A stretch of 64,000 nucleotides of DNA from Chloroflexota bacterium (GCA_027623675.1 JAQBVF010000004.1:87490-151489), one strand, 5' to 3'. Counted from the first letter of the stretch, positions 30,708-40,591 are shown. Numbers and translations are program-made. The notes: generated by a model not told the origin, from the sequence alone.

Positions 30708-30834
30708 GCCTTGCTTAAAGGCTAAGCGTCCTTGATCTCGGTTACTAACGAAAGACGGCTGGCTGGGCCGTCACGCCGGCCACTGGTCAGGCTTGGGGCG
30801 GCCCAGCTCACAACGCGACGAAGAGGTAAAAAAT

Positions 30835-31839
30835 ATGGCAACACATTTCTTCGGTCTAACCAACCGAACATTCCGCTATGACCATTCCGTCGGCCGGGCA
30901 GAATTCGCCGGAACTGGCTTCCGGAACGCCACCGACATGGCCATCGCGCCCGACGGTACCGTGTATATCTGCAACCGGTCCTATGAGAATCGGCCCGACG
31001 GCGTGCACGTGACCGCTCTCACCCTGGACGAAGAGTACATCACCGAATTCGGCGGCTACGGCGAGGCCGACGGCGAATTCATGTGGCCCACGTCCATCGC
31101 TCTCGACAGTAAGGGTAACCTTTATCTGGCCGACGAGTGGTTGAACCGCATCACCAAGTTCACCAGCGACGGTGAGTACGTCAGCAAGTGGGGAACCGCT
31201 GGTTCTGGCGACGGCGAGCTGAACGGACCTTCCGGCATGGCCATCGACGCCGACGACAACATGCTTCTCGTCGACAGCGGCAACAACCGGGTCCAGAAGT
31301 TCACCTTGGACGGCAAGTTCATCAGCAAGTTTGGGTCGAAGGGCTCCGGCGACGGAGAATTCAACCTGCCTTGGGGCATTGCGCTGGACAACGATGGTCA
31401 CATCTACATCGCCGACTGGCGGAATGACCGCATCCAGAAGTTCACCGCCGACGGCCAGTGGGAAGCCTCCATCGGCTACTCTGGCAGTGGCGTTGGTCAA
31501 CTGAACCGCCCCAACGGCGTGGCGGTTGACGCGGATGGCGACATCTACGTTGCCGACTGGATGAACAACCGCGTACAGGTGTTCGCTCCCGACGGACGCT
31601 ACGTCGCCCAGTTCAAGGGCGAGGCTGAGCTTTCCAAGTGGGGCAGGGACAAGCTTGGGTCCAACCCCGACATGATTCGGCAGCGCTCCCTTGCTTACAA
31701 CAACGATCCCGATTTCGAGAGGAAACTGGCCCATCCCTGCGCCGTCAAGATTGACCCTCAGGGCCGGATCGCCATCATCGACCACACCCGCAACCGGATT
31801 CAGGTTTACGTCAAAGAAACCAATCCCGTGCTGGTCTAG
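30835..31839 (+). CDS. NHL-repeat beta-propeller protein
   Basis: Repeated GSGDGE(F/L)N.P.G.A.D..G.IY.AD..N.RIQKF; ATG 30835 after GAGG. Confidence 0.9.
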   Translation: MATHFFGLTNRTFRYDHSVGRAEFAGTGFRNATDMAIAPDGTVYICNRSYENRPDGVHVTALTLDEEYITEFGGYGEADGEFMWPTSIALDSKGNLYLADEWLNRITKFTSDGEYVSKWGTAGSGDGELNGPSGMAIDADDNMLLVDSGNNRVQKFTLDGKFISKFGSKGSGDGEFNLPWGIALDNDGHIYIADWRNDRIQKFTADGQWEASIGYSGSGVGQLNRPNGVAVDADGDIYVADWMNNRVQVFAPDGRYVAQFKGEAELSKWGRDKLGSNPDMIRQRSLAYNNDPDFERKLAHPCAVKIDPQGRIAIIDHTRNRIQVYVKETNPVLV

Positions 31840-31855
31840 CCGGTACCCATCATCG

Positions 31856-31896
31856 AACAAAAAAGAGCCGGGGCATTGCCCCGGCTCTTTTTTGTT
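31856..31896. terminator. Bidirectional intrinsic terminator
   Basis: AACAAAAAAGAGCCGGGGCA / TGCCCCGGCTCTTTTTTGTT near-perfect inverted repeat. Confidence 0.92.
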
Positions 31897-31947
31897 TCCT
31901 GACATCGGGCGACTTTCGCTCCAATACCTCTTGGGGGAAGCCCAGCC

Positions 31948-32280
31948 CTACGGGCCTTCCGGCATTCCTCCGTCGATCCACGCCACTATCTCGTCGATCT
32001 CCTCGGGCTTGAGGAACGGTCCCCGCAACGGCATCTTGCCGGATGTGCCGACGCTCCGGGCCAACGACTTGACCAGGTTGGTCTCTCTGGCGGGGATGCC
32101 CGGTTCGATGGAACGGAGTCCCGAGAGCACGGAGTCCTTGAGTTCTTGGGCCGTCTCCCAATAATAGGCATGGATGCCGGGCAACGGCTGCCGGCCCCAG
32201 CGCTCGACCCAACGGGCCATGATGCCGTCCAGAATCTCCTTCACCCGGGGCCAGTAAACAACTTGTACTTCTTCGCTCAT
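31948..32280 (-). CDS. Small hypothetical protein with cytochrome-c-like (planctomycete type) sequence pattern but no CxxCH
   Basis: IEPG.P...NL...MP..GP.L..EEIDEI..WID.G.P pattern; coding-like codon usage; start 32280 or 32286. Confidence 0.6.
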   Translation of the reverse strand: MSEEVQVVYWPRVKEILDGIMARWVERWGRQPLPGIHAYYWETAQELKDSVLSGLRSIEPGIPARETNLVKSLARSVGTSGKMPLRGPFLKPEEIDEIVAWIDGGMPEGP

Positions 32281-32322
32281 GGTCACAGCTCTGATTTAAA
32301 GATCGAGATCGGGGAGTGCCAG

Positions 32323-32814
32323 CTAACGGGGGTGTTCGTTCACCGACTCGCGGTGGAGCAGCTCCAACGCGTGTGGTATGACAGGCATCACAACCTCGAG
32401 ACACTCGTTCACAGCCTTGGTGCTGCCAGGGAGTGTGATTATCAAGGTGTTGCCCCGTATACCGGCCACCGAACGGCTGATCATAGCCATCGGTGTGAAT
32501 TGCAGAGTCTTGGCCCGCATCGCTTCCGCCATGCCGGGCACCTCTTTGTCCAATATGGCCAAACAGGCTTCGGGTGTAACGTCATACCGGCCCAGACCCG
32601 TGCCGCCGGTGCTCACTATCAGGTCAACATCTCCGGCGTCGGCCCACTCGGCCAACTTGCTCGAGATGGTGTCCTTGTCGTCGGTCACAATCTCGTAGCG
32701 GACCACCTTGAAGTTTTCGCCTTCGAGGAGATCCTTGATGGCCTGTCCGCTGCTATCGTCGCGGTTGCCCTGTGACCCCGATGTGCTGACCGTTAACACG
32801 CCTAAACCGAACAT
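32323..32814 (-). CDS. mog: Molybdopterin adenylyltransferase MogA/MoaB family
   Basis: LTVS, D.SG, TGGTG..YDVTPEA, PG.AE, SR..AG, LPGS; ATG 32814 with GGAGG RBS. Confidence 0.9.
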   Translation of the reverse strand: MFGLGVLTVSTSGSQGNRDDSSGQAIKDLLEGENFKVVRYEIVTDDKDTISSKLAEWADAGDVDLIVSTGGTGLGRYDVTPEACLAILDKEVPGMAEAMRAKTLQFTPMAMISRSVAGIRGNTLIITLPGSTKAVNECLEVVMPVIPHALELLHRESVNEHPR

Positions 32815-32931
32815 TTCACCCTCCGGGGAAATAATAACACAGGCAGAGCCCAGGCACGAGAAGGCCCTTGGCGTTACATAAGCCACGGCCTGGGTGAATT
32901 GGGAGCGTGCACCGGCTGAGAACGGGTCAGA

Positions 32932-32960
32932 TTGACATCGAATTGGGCGCAATCTATAGT
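32932..32960 (+). promoter_or_regulatory. Putative sigma70 promoter
   Basis: TTGACA-17bp-TATAGT upstream of the HIT gene. Confidence 0.65.
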
Positions 32961-32998
32961 CACTACGCTAGCCGACCTGCCGGGAGAACCAACCGCCC

Positions 32999-33334
32999 TT
33001 GAATTCAAACCCCAGCTGCGTTTTCTGCCGCATCTCCGCCGGACAAGAACCCGCCAGATACCGCTATCTCGACGAAGACCTGATGGTCATTGTGAACAAG
33101 CTCACCTGGGTCCCACTGATGCTGTTGGTGATTCCCCGGGAGCACATGAGTCAGATACAACTCTGGAGCAGTGGTCTCCTGACCCGCATGGGCAACCTGG
33201 CGGTGGACATGGGCGCCATGTACGCCCCCAACGGCTTTCGGATACTATCCAACTTCGGACACGACGGCATGCAGAGCCAAGCCCACGGCCACATTCACGT
33301 GATCGGCGGCGTCAGCTTGGGTCCGTACGCCTAA
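32999..33334 (+). CDS. HIT family nucleotide-binding protein
   Basis: CVFCRI, Q...HGHIHVIGG histidine triad. Confidence 0.88.
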   Translation: MNSNPSCVFCRISAGQEPARYRYLDEDLMVIVNKLTWVPLMLLVIPREHMSQIQLWSSGLLTRMGNLAVDMGAMYAPNGFRILSNFGHDGMQSQAHGHIHVIGGVSLGPYA

Positions 33335-33392
33335 ACCAGACCCGCCTCCCGGTAACCGGGTCCCGATTAACTCATCTTAGGAGCTATTTACA

Positions 33393-34169
33393 TTGGCTGA
33401 GACGATTCTTTACGAGAAACAAGGCAACATCGTTACCATGACCCTCAACCGGCCCGACTCCCTGAACGCCATCAACCGGTTGCTGCGTAAGGAACTCGCG
33501 GATGCGATAGTTGAGTTCGACAATGACCCCGAGGCATTCGTGGCCATCATCACTGGTGCCGGCCGGGCCTTCTGTTCCGGACGGGACCTCAAGGAACGGG
33601 CCGAAGACAACGCCAAGGGCGTTCAGGCCAGGGCCTCGGCCAGCATGACCAAGGACAGTCCCTTCATGTGGCCCCGCACCTGGAAGCCCATGATCGCCGC
33701 GGTCAACGGATTCGCTCTCGCCGGTGGTTGGTCCATCGCCCAGATGTGCGACCTGCGTATCGCGTCCGAGGAGGCCAAACTGGGCATCTCTGAAACCAAG
33801 TGGAGCCTGCTGCCGCCCTTCGGCACCATTCTCCCCAAGCAGATGAACCTGGCGTCGGTGTTGGAACTGGTGTTGACCGCTCAACCGGTGACGGCCCAAC
33901 GGGCCTACGACATGGGGTTCCTGAACAAGGTGGTGCCCGCTGGAGACCTGATAGAGGAAGCCGTGACCATGGCCCAGCAGATCGCCGACAACGCTCCCCT
34001 GGCCGTGCAGACCTTCAAGGAACTGGCCTACCGGGGCCTGAACATGTCCAACCAGGATATCTCCGCTCTGACCTACCAGATGTACGACGCCCTACTCCTC
34101 ACCGAAGATTCCAAGGAAGGCCCCAAAGCCTTCGCCGAGAAGCGCAAACCCCAGTGGAAAGGCCGGTAG
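33393..34169 (+). CDS. Enoyl-CoA hydratase/isomerase family protein
   Basis: LNRP..LNA, AFCSG.DL, KPMIAAVNG.A..GG, EG..AF.EKR.P.W. Confidence 0.92.
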   Translation: MAETILYEKQGNIVTMTLNRPDSLNAINRLLRKELADAIVEFDNDPEAFVAIITGAGRAFCSGRDLKERAEDNAKGVQARASASMTKDSPFMWPRTWKPMIAAVNGFALAGGWSIAQMCDLRIASEEAKLGISETKWSLLPPFGTILPKQMNLASVLELVLTAQPVTAQRAYDMGFLNKVVPAGDLIEEAVTMAQQIADNAPLAVQTFKELAYRGLNMSNQDISALTYQMYDALLLTEDSKEGPKAFAEKRKPQWKGR

Positions 34170-34195
34170 GCTCCAAGACCAAACCCAGCCCGATT

Positions 34196-34229
34196 AAAAA
34201 ACCCCACTCCAATCGGAGTGGGGTTTTTT
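34196..34229. terminator. Bidirectional intrinsic terminator
   Basis: AAAAAACCCCACTCC-aatc-GGAGTGGGGTTTTTT. Confidence 0.92.
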
Positions 34230-34239
34230 GCGCCAGGGT

Positions 34240-34346
34240 CCGCTCATGGTGAGCCTGTAAAACCACAGGTGGTGGTGGGCCATCTTGTTCACCGATAAGT
34301 GCTCTGGCTGCTGGCGGTCCTTCGACAAGCATCTCAGGATGAGCGG
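34240..34346. repeat. Degenerate REP/MITE-like inverted-repeat element
   Basis: CCGCTCATGGTGAGCCTGTAAAACC ... GTCCTTCGACAAGCATCTCAGGATGAGCGG, with terminal CCGCTCAT/ATGAGCGG inverted repeat. Confidence 0.6.
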
Positions 34347-34363
34347 GTGGTTGGGCTGCCTGC

Positions 34364-35527
34364 CTACAATTGGTACTCCGGCAGCCTGAGAAGTTGCTTG
34401 GCGATGACCAGGCGCATCACCTCGTTGGTGCCCTCGCCGATGATCATCAGCGGGGCGTCGCGGTAGTAGCGCTCCACCGGTGACTCCTTGATGTACCCGT
34501 AGCCGCCGTGCACCCGCATGGACTCCATCGCCACTTCCAGGCAGACCTCACTGGCGAACAGCTTGGCCATGCCCGATTCCAGGTCCACCCTTTGGCCGGT
34601 GTCCTTCTTGGCTGCGGCGTCGTAGACCATCAGGCGGGCCGCCTGGATCTTCGTCGCCATGTCGGCCAGTTTGAGCTGAATGGCCTGATGCTCGGAGATG
34701 GGCTTGCCGAAAGTCTCCCTCTGTTGAGAGTATTTGATGGCGGCTTCAAAGGCGGCCTGGGCCACGCCAACCGCCCTCGCGGCCACGTTGATGCGGCCGG
34801 TCTCCAAGCCGCTCATGACCATGCCGAATCCCGCCCCCTCCTTGCCGCCCACCAGGTTGTCTTCGGGGATGGCATAGTTGTTGAAGTGAAGCTCGCAGGT
34901 GTCCAGGCCCCGGTAGCCCAGCTTGTCCAGGTCGCGGCCCACTTCGAACCCCGGCCCGCCCTTCTCCACCACGAACGCGCTGATGCCTCGGTGCCTGGGT
35001 TCCATGTCCGGGTCGGTGCGGGCCAGCAGGCAGAACATGTCGCCATAGCGGCCGTTGGTGATGAACATCTTGGTGCCGTTGATGACGTACTCTTCGCCGG
35101 ACTTGGTGGCGGTGGTCTGTAGGTTGGCCATGTCCGTGCCGCCGCTGGGCTCGGTAAGGGCCAGGCCGCCCCGCTTGCGCCCCGAGGCCAGGTCGGGGAG
35201 GAACCGCTGCTTCTGCGCTTCGGTGCCGTAGTGAGTCAGCACGTAGGTCAGGATGTGGTGGGTGCCGATGGCCCCGCTTAGCGTCATGAACCCCTTGCTT
35301 AACTCCTCGAAGATGCTGGCGAAGGTGGTGTAGTCCAAGCCCATACCGCCGTACTCTTCGGGCACGGTGATGCCGAAAAGCCCCAATTCCTTCATGCGGT
35401 CGATCAGGTCATGAGGCACCGTGTCGTCGCGGTCATGTTGGGCCGCCACCGGCTCCACCTCCCGCCGGACAAAGTCGCGGACCATGTTTACGATCTGGGC
35501 TCGGGCCTCGGGTGGTGTAGTCGTCAA
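34364..35527 (-). CDS. Acyl-CoA dehydrogenase
   Basis: ALTEP.GGTD, GTKMFITNG, KLGYRG, R.TFGKPI..HQAIQ, HGGYGY, IGEGTNE. Confidence 0.93.
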   Translation of the reverse strand: MTTTPPEARAQIVNMVRDFVRREVEPVAAQHDRDDTVPHDLIDRMKELGLFGITVPEEYGGMGLDYTTFASIFEELSKGFMTLSGAIGTHHILTYVLTHYGTEAQKQRFLPDLASGRKRGGLALTEPSGGTDMANLQTTATKSGEEYVINGTKMFITNGRYGDMFCLLARTDPDMEPRHRGISAFVVEKGGPGFEVGRDLDKLGYRGLDTCELHFNNYAIPEDNLVGGKEGAGFGMVMSGLETGRINVAARAVGVAQAAFEAAIKYSQQRETFGKPISEHQAIQLKLADMATKIQAARLMVYDAAAKKDTGQRVDLESGMAKLFASEVCLEVAMESMRVHGGYGYIKESPVERYYRDAPLMIIGEGTNEVMRLVIAKQLLRLPEYQL

Positions 35528-35597
35528 CGGGATCTCCTAATCATGCCGGGAAGTTGAGTCTGTACCGGGCTTAAATACAGCCTAAGAAGTGATTGGC

Positions 35598-35626
35598 AGT
35601 CTATCCCAGGGCTCAGACACGGTCAA
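35598..35626 (-). promoter_or_regulatory. Putative sigma70 promoter for the acyl-CoA dehydrogenase
   Basis: Minus strand TTGACC-17bp-TAGACT. Confidence 0.5.
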
Positions 35627-35663
35627 GAATGCAAGAACGGCGCTCACACAGGTGTGAGCGCCG
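35625..35663 (-). terminator. Probable terminator after ppdK
   Basis: CGGCGCTCACAC/GTGTGAGCGCCG perfect 12-bp stem followed by TTCTT on the minus strand. Confidence 0.7.
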
Positions 35664-35695
35664 CTGAAAGACGAGGAAACCAAAGCAGATCGAGT

Positions 35696-38476
35696 TCAGC
35701 TTCCCGACAAGGCAGCCTGGGCCGCGGCCAGCCTCGCCACCGGCACCCGGTAGGGAGAGCAGCTGACATAATCTAGGGCTGCTTCATGGCAGAACACGAC
35801 ACTGGCCGGGTCTCCCCCGTGCTCGCCGCAGATGCCGATCTCCAGATTCGGCCTTTCCCGGCGGCCCGCGGTCACCGCGGCCTTGACCAGCGCCCCCACG
35901 CCCTCGGGGTCGATGGAGGCGAAGGGGTCATTGGGCAGCACCCCCTCGTCGATATACCGGCGTAGGAATTTGCCCTCGGCATCGTCCCGGCTGAACCCGA
36001 AGACCATCTGAGTTAGGTCGTTGGTGCCGAAGCTGAAGAACTCCGACTCCTTGGCGATCTCACCAGCGGTGAGCGCGGCCCGGGGAGTCTCAATCATGGT
36101 GCCAAACTTGTAATGGACCTTGACGCCCAACCGCTCCTGCACCTGGGATGCAACCAGGCTCAGGTCCTGCCGTAGCCGGTGTATCTCCTCCACGTCGACC
36201 GTCAAGGGAATCATGATCTCCGGGCTAACGTCCAGGCCCTCTTGCGCCAGCAGAGCGCCGGCGGTGATGATGGCCTCGACCTGCATCCGGTAGATGGCCG
36301 GGAAGCTCAGGCCCAACCGGCAACCGCGGTGCCCCAGCATGGGATTGGACTCTCGGAGCGAGTCCACCAACTGGAGGAAACTCTCTTTCTCTTCCAATCT
36401 TGCCTCGGGCGCCCCCGAGTGACGGAGTTCTATCAACTCGGTGAGCAGGGTCTCATAGGGAGGCAGGAATTCGTGGAGTGGCGCGTCCAGCAGGCGTATG
36501 ATCACTGGCCTGGAGCCCATCACCCGCAGGATGCCGCCGAAATCGCCGGTCTGCAATTCCTTGACCTGGTCCAGCGCCTGATAAAAGTCTACGACTGCTT
36601 GGGGGGCGTCCGGGTTGTCCTGCCGCCGGAACGCACGGTCATTGTTCTCTCTGCGCCACGATTCGGCCGCCTCCGCGTTCAGCAGCATCTGCCGTACGCT
36701 TGGCAATCGTTTGGGGTCCAAGAACATGTGCTCGGTACGGCAAAGACCGATGCCCTCGGCGCCCATATCCAATGCCTGGGCGGCATCGGACGGCGTGTCG
36801 GCGTTGGCCATCACCCCCAGCCGGCGGGTCTGGTCGGCCCACCCCAACAGTTCTCGGGCCTCCGGAAGTTCGTTCAGGCTGGGTTGGACCGTTTCAAGCT
36901 CCCCCAGATAGACCGAACCCAAAGCGCCGTCCATGCTGATCTGCTCGCCCTCACGGACGGTCTTGCCGGCGGCGGTGAACAGGCTGGCGTCCAGGTCAAC
37001 TACGATATCTTCGCAGCCGACGATGCACGGCTTGCCCAGTCCTCTAGTAACCACGGCCGCGTGGCTGGTTACGCCGCCACGGCTGGTCACGACGCCCACC
37101 GCGGCTGTTATGCCGTGGATGTCGTCGGGCTTGGTCTCCGGGCGCACCAGGATCACAGCCTTTCCGGCGGCGGCCAGTTCGGCGGCCTTGGTGGCGTCGA
37201 AACAGACCGTTCCCGACGCAGCCCCGGGGGACGCTGGTGCGCCGCGGGCCAGGAAACGGATTTTTAGAGCTTTTTCGGAAAGGGCGTCCGAGAACTGGGG
37301 CACCAGTAACTTGGAAATCTCTTCGGCATCCACTCTAAGCAGTGCCTGCGACTGGCTGATCAGACCCTCGTGGACCATGTCCACGGCCGTCTTCACCGCG
37401 GACAGGGCGGTTCGCTTGGCGCTGCGGGTCTGCAACAGGAAGAGACGGGCGTTCTCGATGGTGAATTCCACGTCCTGCACGTCGGCGTAGTGGGTTTCCA
37501 GGTTGTGGGCCAATTCCATGAGCTGACCGTAGGCCTCGGGGAGCACGTCATGGAGGCTGGCGATTGGTTGAGGGGTCCGCACCCCGGCAACCACGTCCTC
37601 GCCCTGGGCATTGGTCAGAAACTCGCCGTAGACCTCGGCCTTGCCGGTGGAGGGGTTGCGGGTGAACAGCACCCCGGTGCCGCTGGTGGGGCCAAGGTTT
37701 CCAAAGACCATGGACATTATGGTCACGGCGGTTCCCATGTCGTGGTCGATGTTGTTGTGTTGTCGGTAGAAGATAGCCCTGGGCGTGTTCCAGCTACGGA
37801 AAACGGCCTCGACGGCAGACATTAGCTGTTCCCAAGGGTCGGCGGGAGGCTCGGAGCCGGTCGCTGCCTTGGCCACGGCCTTGAAGTCGGCCACCAAGCC
37901 CTGCAACTGCTCGGCGCTCAATTCGCTGTCCAGGGTCACGCCTGCCGCCTTTTTATGGGTGTCCAGCGCTTCCTCGAACGCCGCGGCATCCACGCCCATG
38001 ACCACTTCTGAATAGATCTGGAGGAAGCGGCGGTAGGCGTCGTAGGCCGGGCGGGGGTCGCCCATCATGTCGGCCAACCCCTCAACGATCTGGTCGTTGA
38101 TGCCCAGGTTCAAGATTGTGTCCATCATTCCGGGCATGGAGATGCGGGCCCCGGACCGCACCGACACCAGAAGGGGGTTCGATGCCGACCCAAAGTCGTG
38201 CCCGATGGACGTCTCTAGCTCCCGGATGTTCTCTCTGATGGACTCTTCAAGACCCTGAGGAAGGGTCTGGTTCTTTGATAGATAGTCCCGGCAGACCTGC
38301 GTGGAGATAACAAAACCCGGAGGAACTGGCAGTCCCATCCGGGCCATCTCGCAGAGGTTGCTTCCCTTGCCGCCGAGGAGGTCGGCCATTGCGGCGTTCC
38401 CCTCATCGAACCGGTACACAAGCTTTGTGGTCCCAATTCCAGTTCCGATTCCGGTTCGGGGAGTGTGTATGGTCAT
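35696..38476 (-). CDS. ppdK: Pyruvate, phosphate dikinase
   Basis: LLGGKG.NL, SVRSGA..SMPGMMDT, GGVTSHAAVV phospho-His, GLCRTEHMF, SFGTNDLTQ, GICGEHGG. Confidence 0.97.
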   Translation of the reverse strand: MTIHTPRTGIGTGIGTTKLVYRFDEGNAAMADLLGGKGSNLCEMARMGLPVPPGFVISTQVCRDYLSKNQTLPQGLEESIRENIRELETSIGHDFGSASNPLLVSVRSGARISMPGMMDTILNLGINDQIVEGLADMMGDPRPAYDAYRRFLQIYSEVVMGVDAAAFEEALDTHKKAAGVTLDSELSAEQLQGLVADFKAVAKAATGSEPPADPWEQLMSAVEAVFRSWNTPRAIFYRQHNNIDHDMGTAVTIMSMVFGNLGPTSGTGVLFTRNPSTGKAEVYGEFLTNAQGEDVVAGVRTPQPIASLHDVLPEAYGQLMELAHNLETHYADVQDVEFTIENARLFLLQTRSAKRTALSAVKTAVDMVHEGLISQSQALLRVDAEEISKLLVPQFSDALSEKALKIRFLARGAPASPGAASGTVCFDATKAAELAAAGKAVILVRPETKPDDIHGITAAVGVVTSRGGVTSHAAVVTRGLGKPCIVGCEDIVVDLDASLFTAAGKTVREGEQISMDGALGSVYLGELETVQPSLNELPEARELLGWADQTRRLGVMANADTPSDAAQALDMGAEGIGLCRTEHMFLDPKRLPSVRQMLLNAEAAESWRRENNDRAFRRQDNPDAPQAVVDFYQALDQVKELQTGDFGGILRVMGSRPVIIRLLDAPLHEFLPPYETLLTELIELRHSGAPEARLEEKESFLQLVDSLRESNPMLGHRGCRLGLSFPAIYRMQVEAIITAGALLAQEGLDVSPEIMIPLTVDVEEIHRLRQDLSLVASQVQERLGVKVHYKFGTMIETPRAALTAGEIAKESEFFSFGTNDLTQMVFGFSRDDAEGKFLRRYIDEGVLPNDPFASIDPEGVGALVKAAVTAGRRERPNLEIGICGEHGGDPASVVFCHEAALDYVSCSPYRVPVARLAAAQAALSGS

Positions 38477-38733
38477 GGGCTTCGCCCTCCCATCGCCTAT
38501 CTCATCTGTTAAGCAGTTGCGCCGGTAAACCGTCGTACCGTGATGCGACAGCCCCAACATCAACCAAGCGACTATATACCGGACCGCTCTGACAAATCAA
38601 CTTGAAGCGAAAAAAGAAAGGCCGAAATCCACGCCTAACGATTACGAAATACGTAGATATTCGGCCTTAAATTGTGGTAACCGTTAATATTTATGTCAGC
38701 CTGCCCGGCGTAATTGGGCCGCGGCCCAGGGCT

Positions 38734-39738
38734 TTAGATCTCTCGGAACTGTGGCTCCGGCTCGGAGATGTCGAAACCGTGTTCCCATAGCTCGTCCATC
38801 TTCGCCTGCTCCTCGTCGGTGAGCATGGGTGTGTCCAACGCGCTGGTGTATTCGGACAGCTCAGCCAGGTTGGTGAAGTTGGGCAGCACGGAGATGATGG
38901 CCGGCTGCTTCAGCACGAACTGGATGGCCGATTGGGCCATGGTGCGGGTGTCTTCCTGCACCAGGAACCGCACCCGATCCACCTTGCGCATCGCCTCTTC
39001 CAGCCACTCGTTCTTGCGGTGGGCACGGTGGTCGTCGGGGTCGAAAACGGGCAGCCCTTGGTCGTACTCCCCAGTAAGGGTGTTGGATGCGTGCGGCACC
39101 CGCGACAGCAAGCCCACTTCATGCTCTTCGGCCAGCTTGATCAGGTCCTTGGCTGGGTCCTGCTCCAACATGCTGTAGATGATCTGGGCGCTGGAGATGT
39201 TGCGCTGGCGCATGGAGTACTCGCCCTCTTCGTACCAGCCGATGTCTGGGCCCAGGGCCACGCCATAGTAGCGAATCTTGCCCTCGAATTGGAGCTGTTC
39301 CAGGGTCTCGAACAGCTCGTCCTTCTCCAGGTCGGCCAGCTTGATATTGTGGGCTTGGTAGAGGTCGATGTAGTCGGTTCCCAGGCGGCGCAGGCTCTGT
39401 TCGCAAGCGTACTTCACGAATTCCTTGTCAAACTTCTGCGCCCTTTCCTTGTGGCCGTCGCGGGGCGTGGGGTCGTAGATGTCGTAGCCAAACTTGGTGG
39501 CGATGACGATGTCGTTGCGCTTGTGTCCAAGCACGTCGGCCAGAATCTCCTCGCCAAGTCCATCGCCATAGGTGTCCGCGGTGTCGAAGAAGTTGATGCC
39601 TTCTTCCACGGCATTTTCCAACAGGGCCGCCTTGTCGGAATCCTCTATCTTGCCCCACCAGTTGGTGGCAACGGTCCAAACGCCGAACCCGATCTCCGAC
39701 AGGACCAGGTCGGTGCGGGGCATCTTGCGAAACTTCAT
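38734..39738 (-). CDS. Aldo/keto reductase
   Basis: GINFFDTADTYG, IATKFG, SLRRLGTDYIDLY; ATG 39738. Confidence 0.92.
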   Translation of the reverse strand: MKFRKMPRTDLVLSEIGFGVWTVATNWWGKIEDSDKAALLENAVEEGINFFDTADTYGDGLGEEILADVLGHKRNDIVIATKFGYDIYDPTPRDGHKERAQKFDKEFVKYACEQSLRRLGTDYIDLYQAHNIKLADLEKDELFETLEQLQFEGKIRYYGVALGPDIGWYEEGEYSMRQRNISSAQIIYSMLEQDPAKDLIKLAEEHEVGLLSRVPHASNTLTGEYDQGLPVFDPDDHRAHRKNEWLEEAMRKVDRVRFLVQEDTRTMAQSAIQFVLKQPAIISVLPNFTNLAELSEYTSALDTPMLTDEEQAKMDELWEHGFDISEPEPQFREI

Positions 39739-40000
39739 GATAATTTCATCCTTGATCCACCGGAGCTTTGGAAGTTCCCGATATTCGGGATCACCGGCGC
39801 CTGATTCTGGGAAGTGAACTTGCCGGAGCAGGTGCCGCGCCACTCCCGGACGATCAACTCCGCAGTCCGGTCGCTGGCCAGTTGGCAGGGCATGTCCCTC
39901 ACTAGATCGAAAGCTGATTTGCCATCCAGGGTCTGGCCCGGTACACGCTTTCCCCGGTCAAAAGGTCGAGCGATCTACCCATATAACGCTCTTAAGGCGG

Positions 40001-40591
40001 CTAACCCGCGGTTACGGCGAGGCCCAAACTGCCCTTGATCTTATCCACCCGGCGCTGGAATTCGGCGTCGTCCAACACCGCCTCCATCTTGCCTAGATTA
40101 ACGGTTTTCAGTACCTCGACCCATGATGTGCAACCGCTGTACTCCTTCAGGAAGGGCACGGTGACCGGTTGTTCCAGCTTGTACACCCGCAGCAACATCA
40201 CCGACAGGGGGAGCATGGGCTTCCAGTGGAGCTTGGATTGGGCGTAGGCAGTCGTCCAGATGTGGTGGGGCTCCAGGGCGTCCACCTTTTCCTGTTCTTC
40301 TATCTCAAGCACTTCCTCGGCCTTGGCCCAGTGAGTGAAGGTGATGTGCTCGTCGTCGTGGGGCTGCTCCAAGACTCTCTGCAGAGCGGGTTGGTAGGCC
40401 GGCTGCAACAGGTCTTCCTTCTGGTGGAGGTAGGTGGGATAGAACAGGAACTCGCGGTGTATCACGCGGAAGTCCTTGCCGTCCTCGTGGATACCGCCCT
40501 TGCGCAGCAGCAGCACTTGGTCTCCCTGCGCCATGGCATCGACGGTTACTGCCCACTCTTTCAGCGCCATCTGGCAATTGGTTGGCAACAT
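40001..40591 (-). CDS. DUF1802 family protein
   Basis: ALKEW...V.A...G.Q..LLRKGGIHE, FYPTY.HQ, GC.SW. Confidence 0.88.
   Translation of the reverse strand: MLPTNCQMALKEWAVTVDAMAQGDQVLLLRKGGIHEDGKDFRVIHREFLFYPTYLHQKEDLLQPAYQPALQRVLEQPHDDEHITFTHWAKAEEVLEIEEQEKVDALEPHHIWTTAYAQSKLHWKPMLPLSVMLLRVYKLEQPVTVPFLKEYSGCTSWVEVLKTVNLGKMEAVLDDAEFQRRVDKIKGSLGLAVTAG

Noticed and set aside
31060..31600. Repeated GGCGACGGCGAG/GAATTC-like units as a possible array
   Set aside because: They are coding NHL repeats, not CRISPR or a non-coding array
39739..40000. 260-bp gap with short hairpins and tiny ORFs upstream of the aldo/keto reductase
   Set aside because: No convincing RBS, motif or known RNA structure
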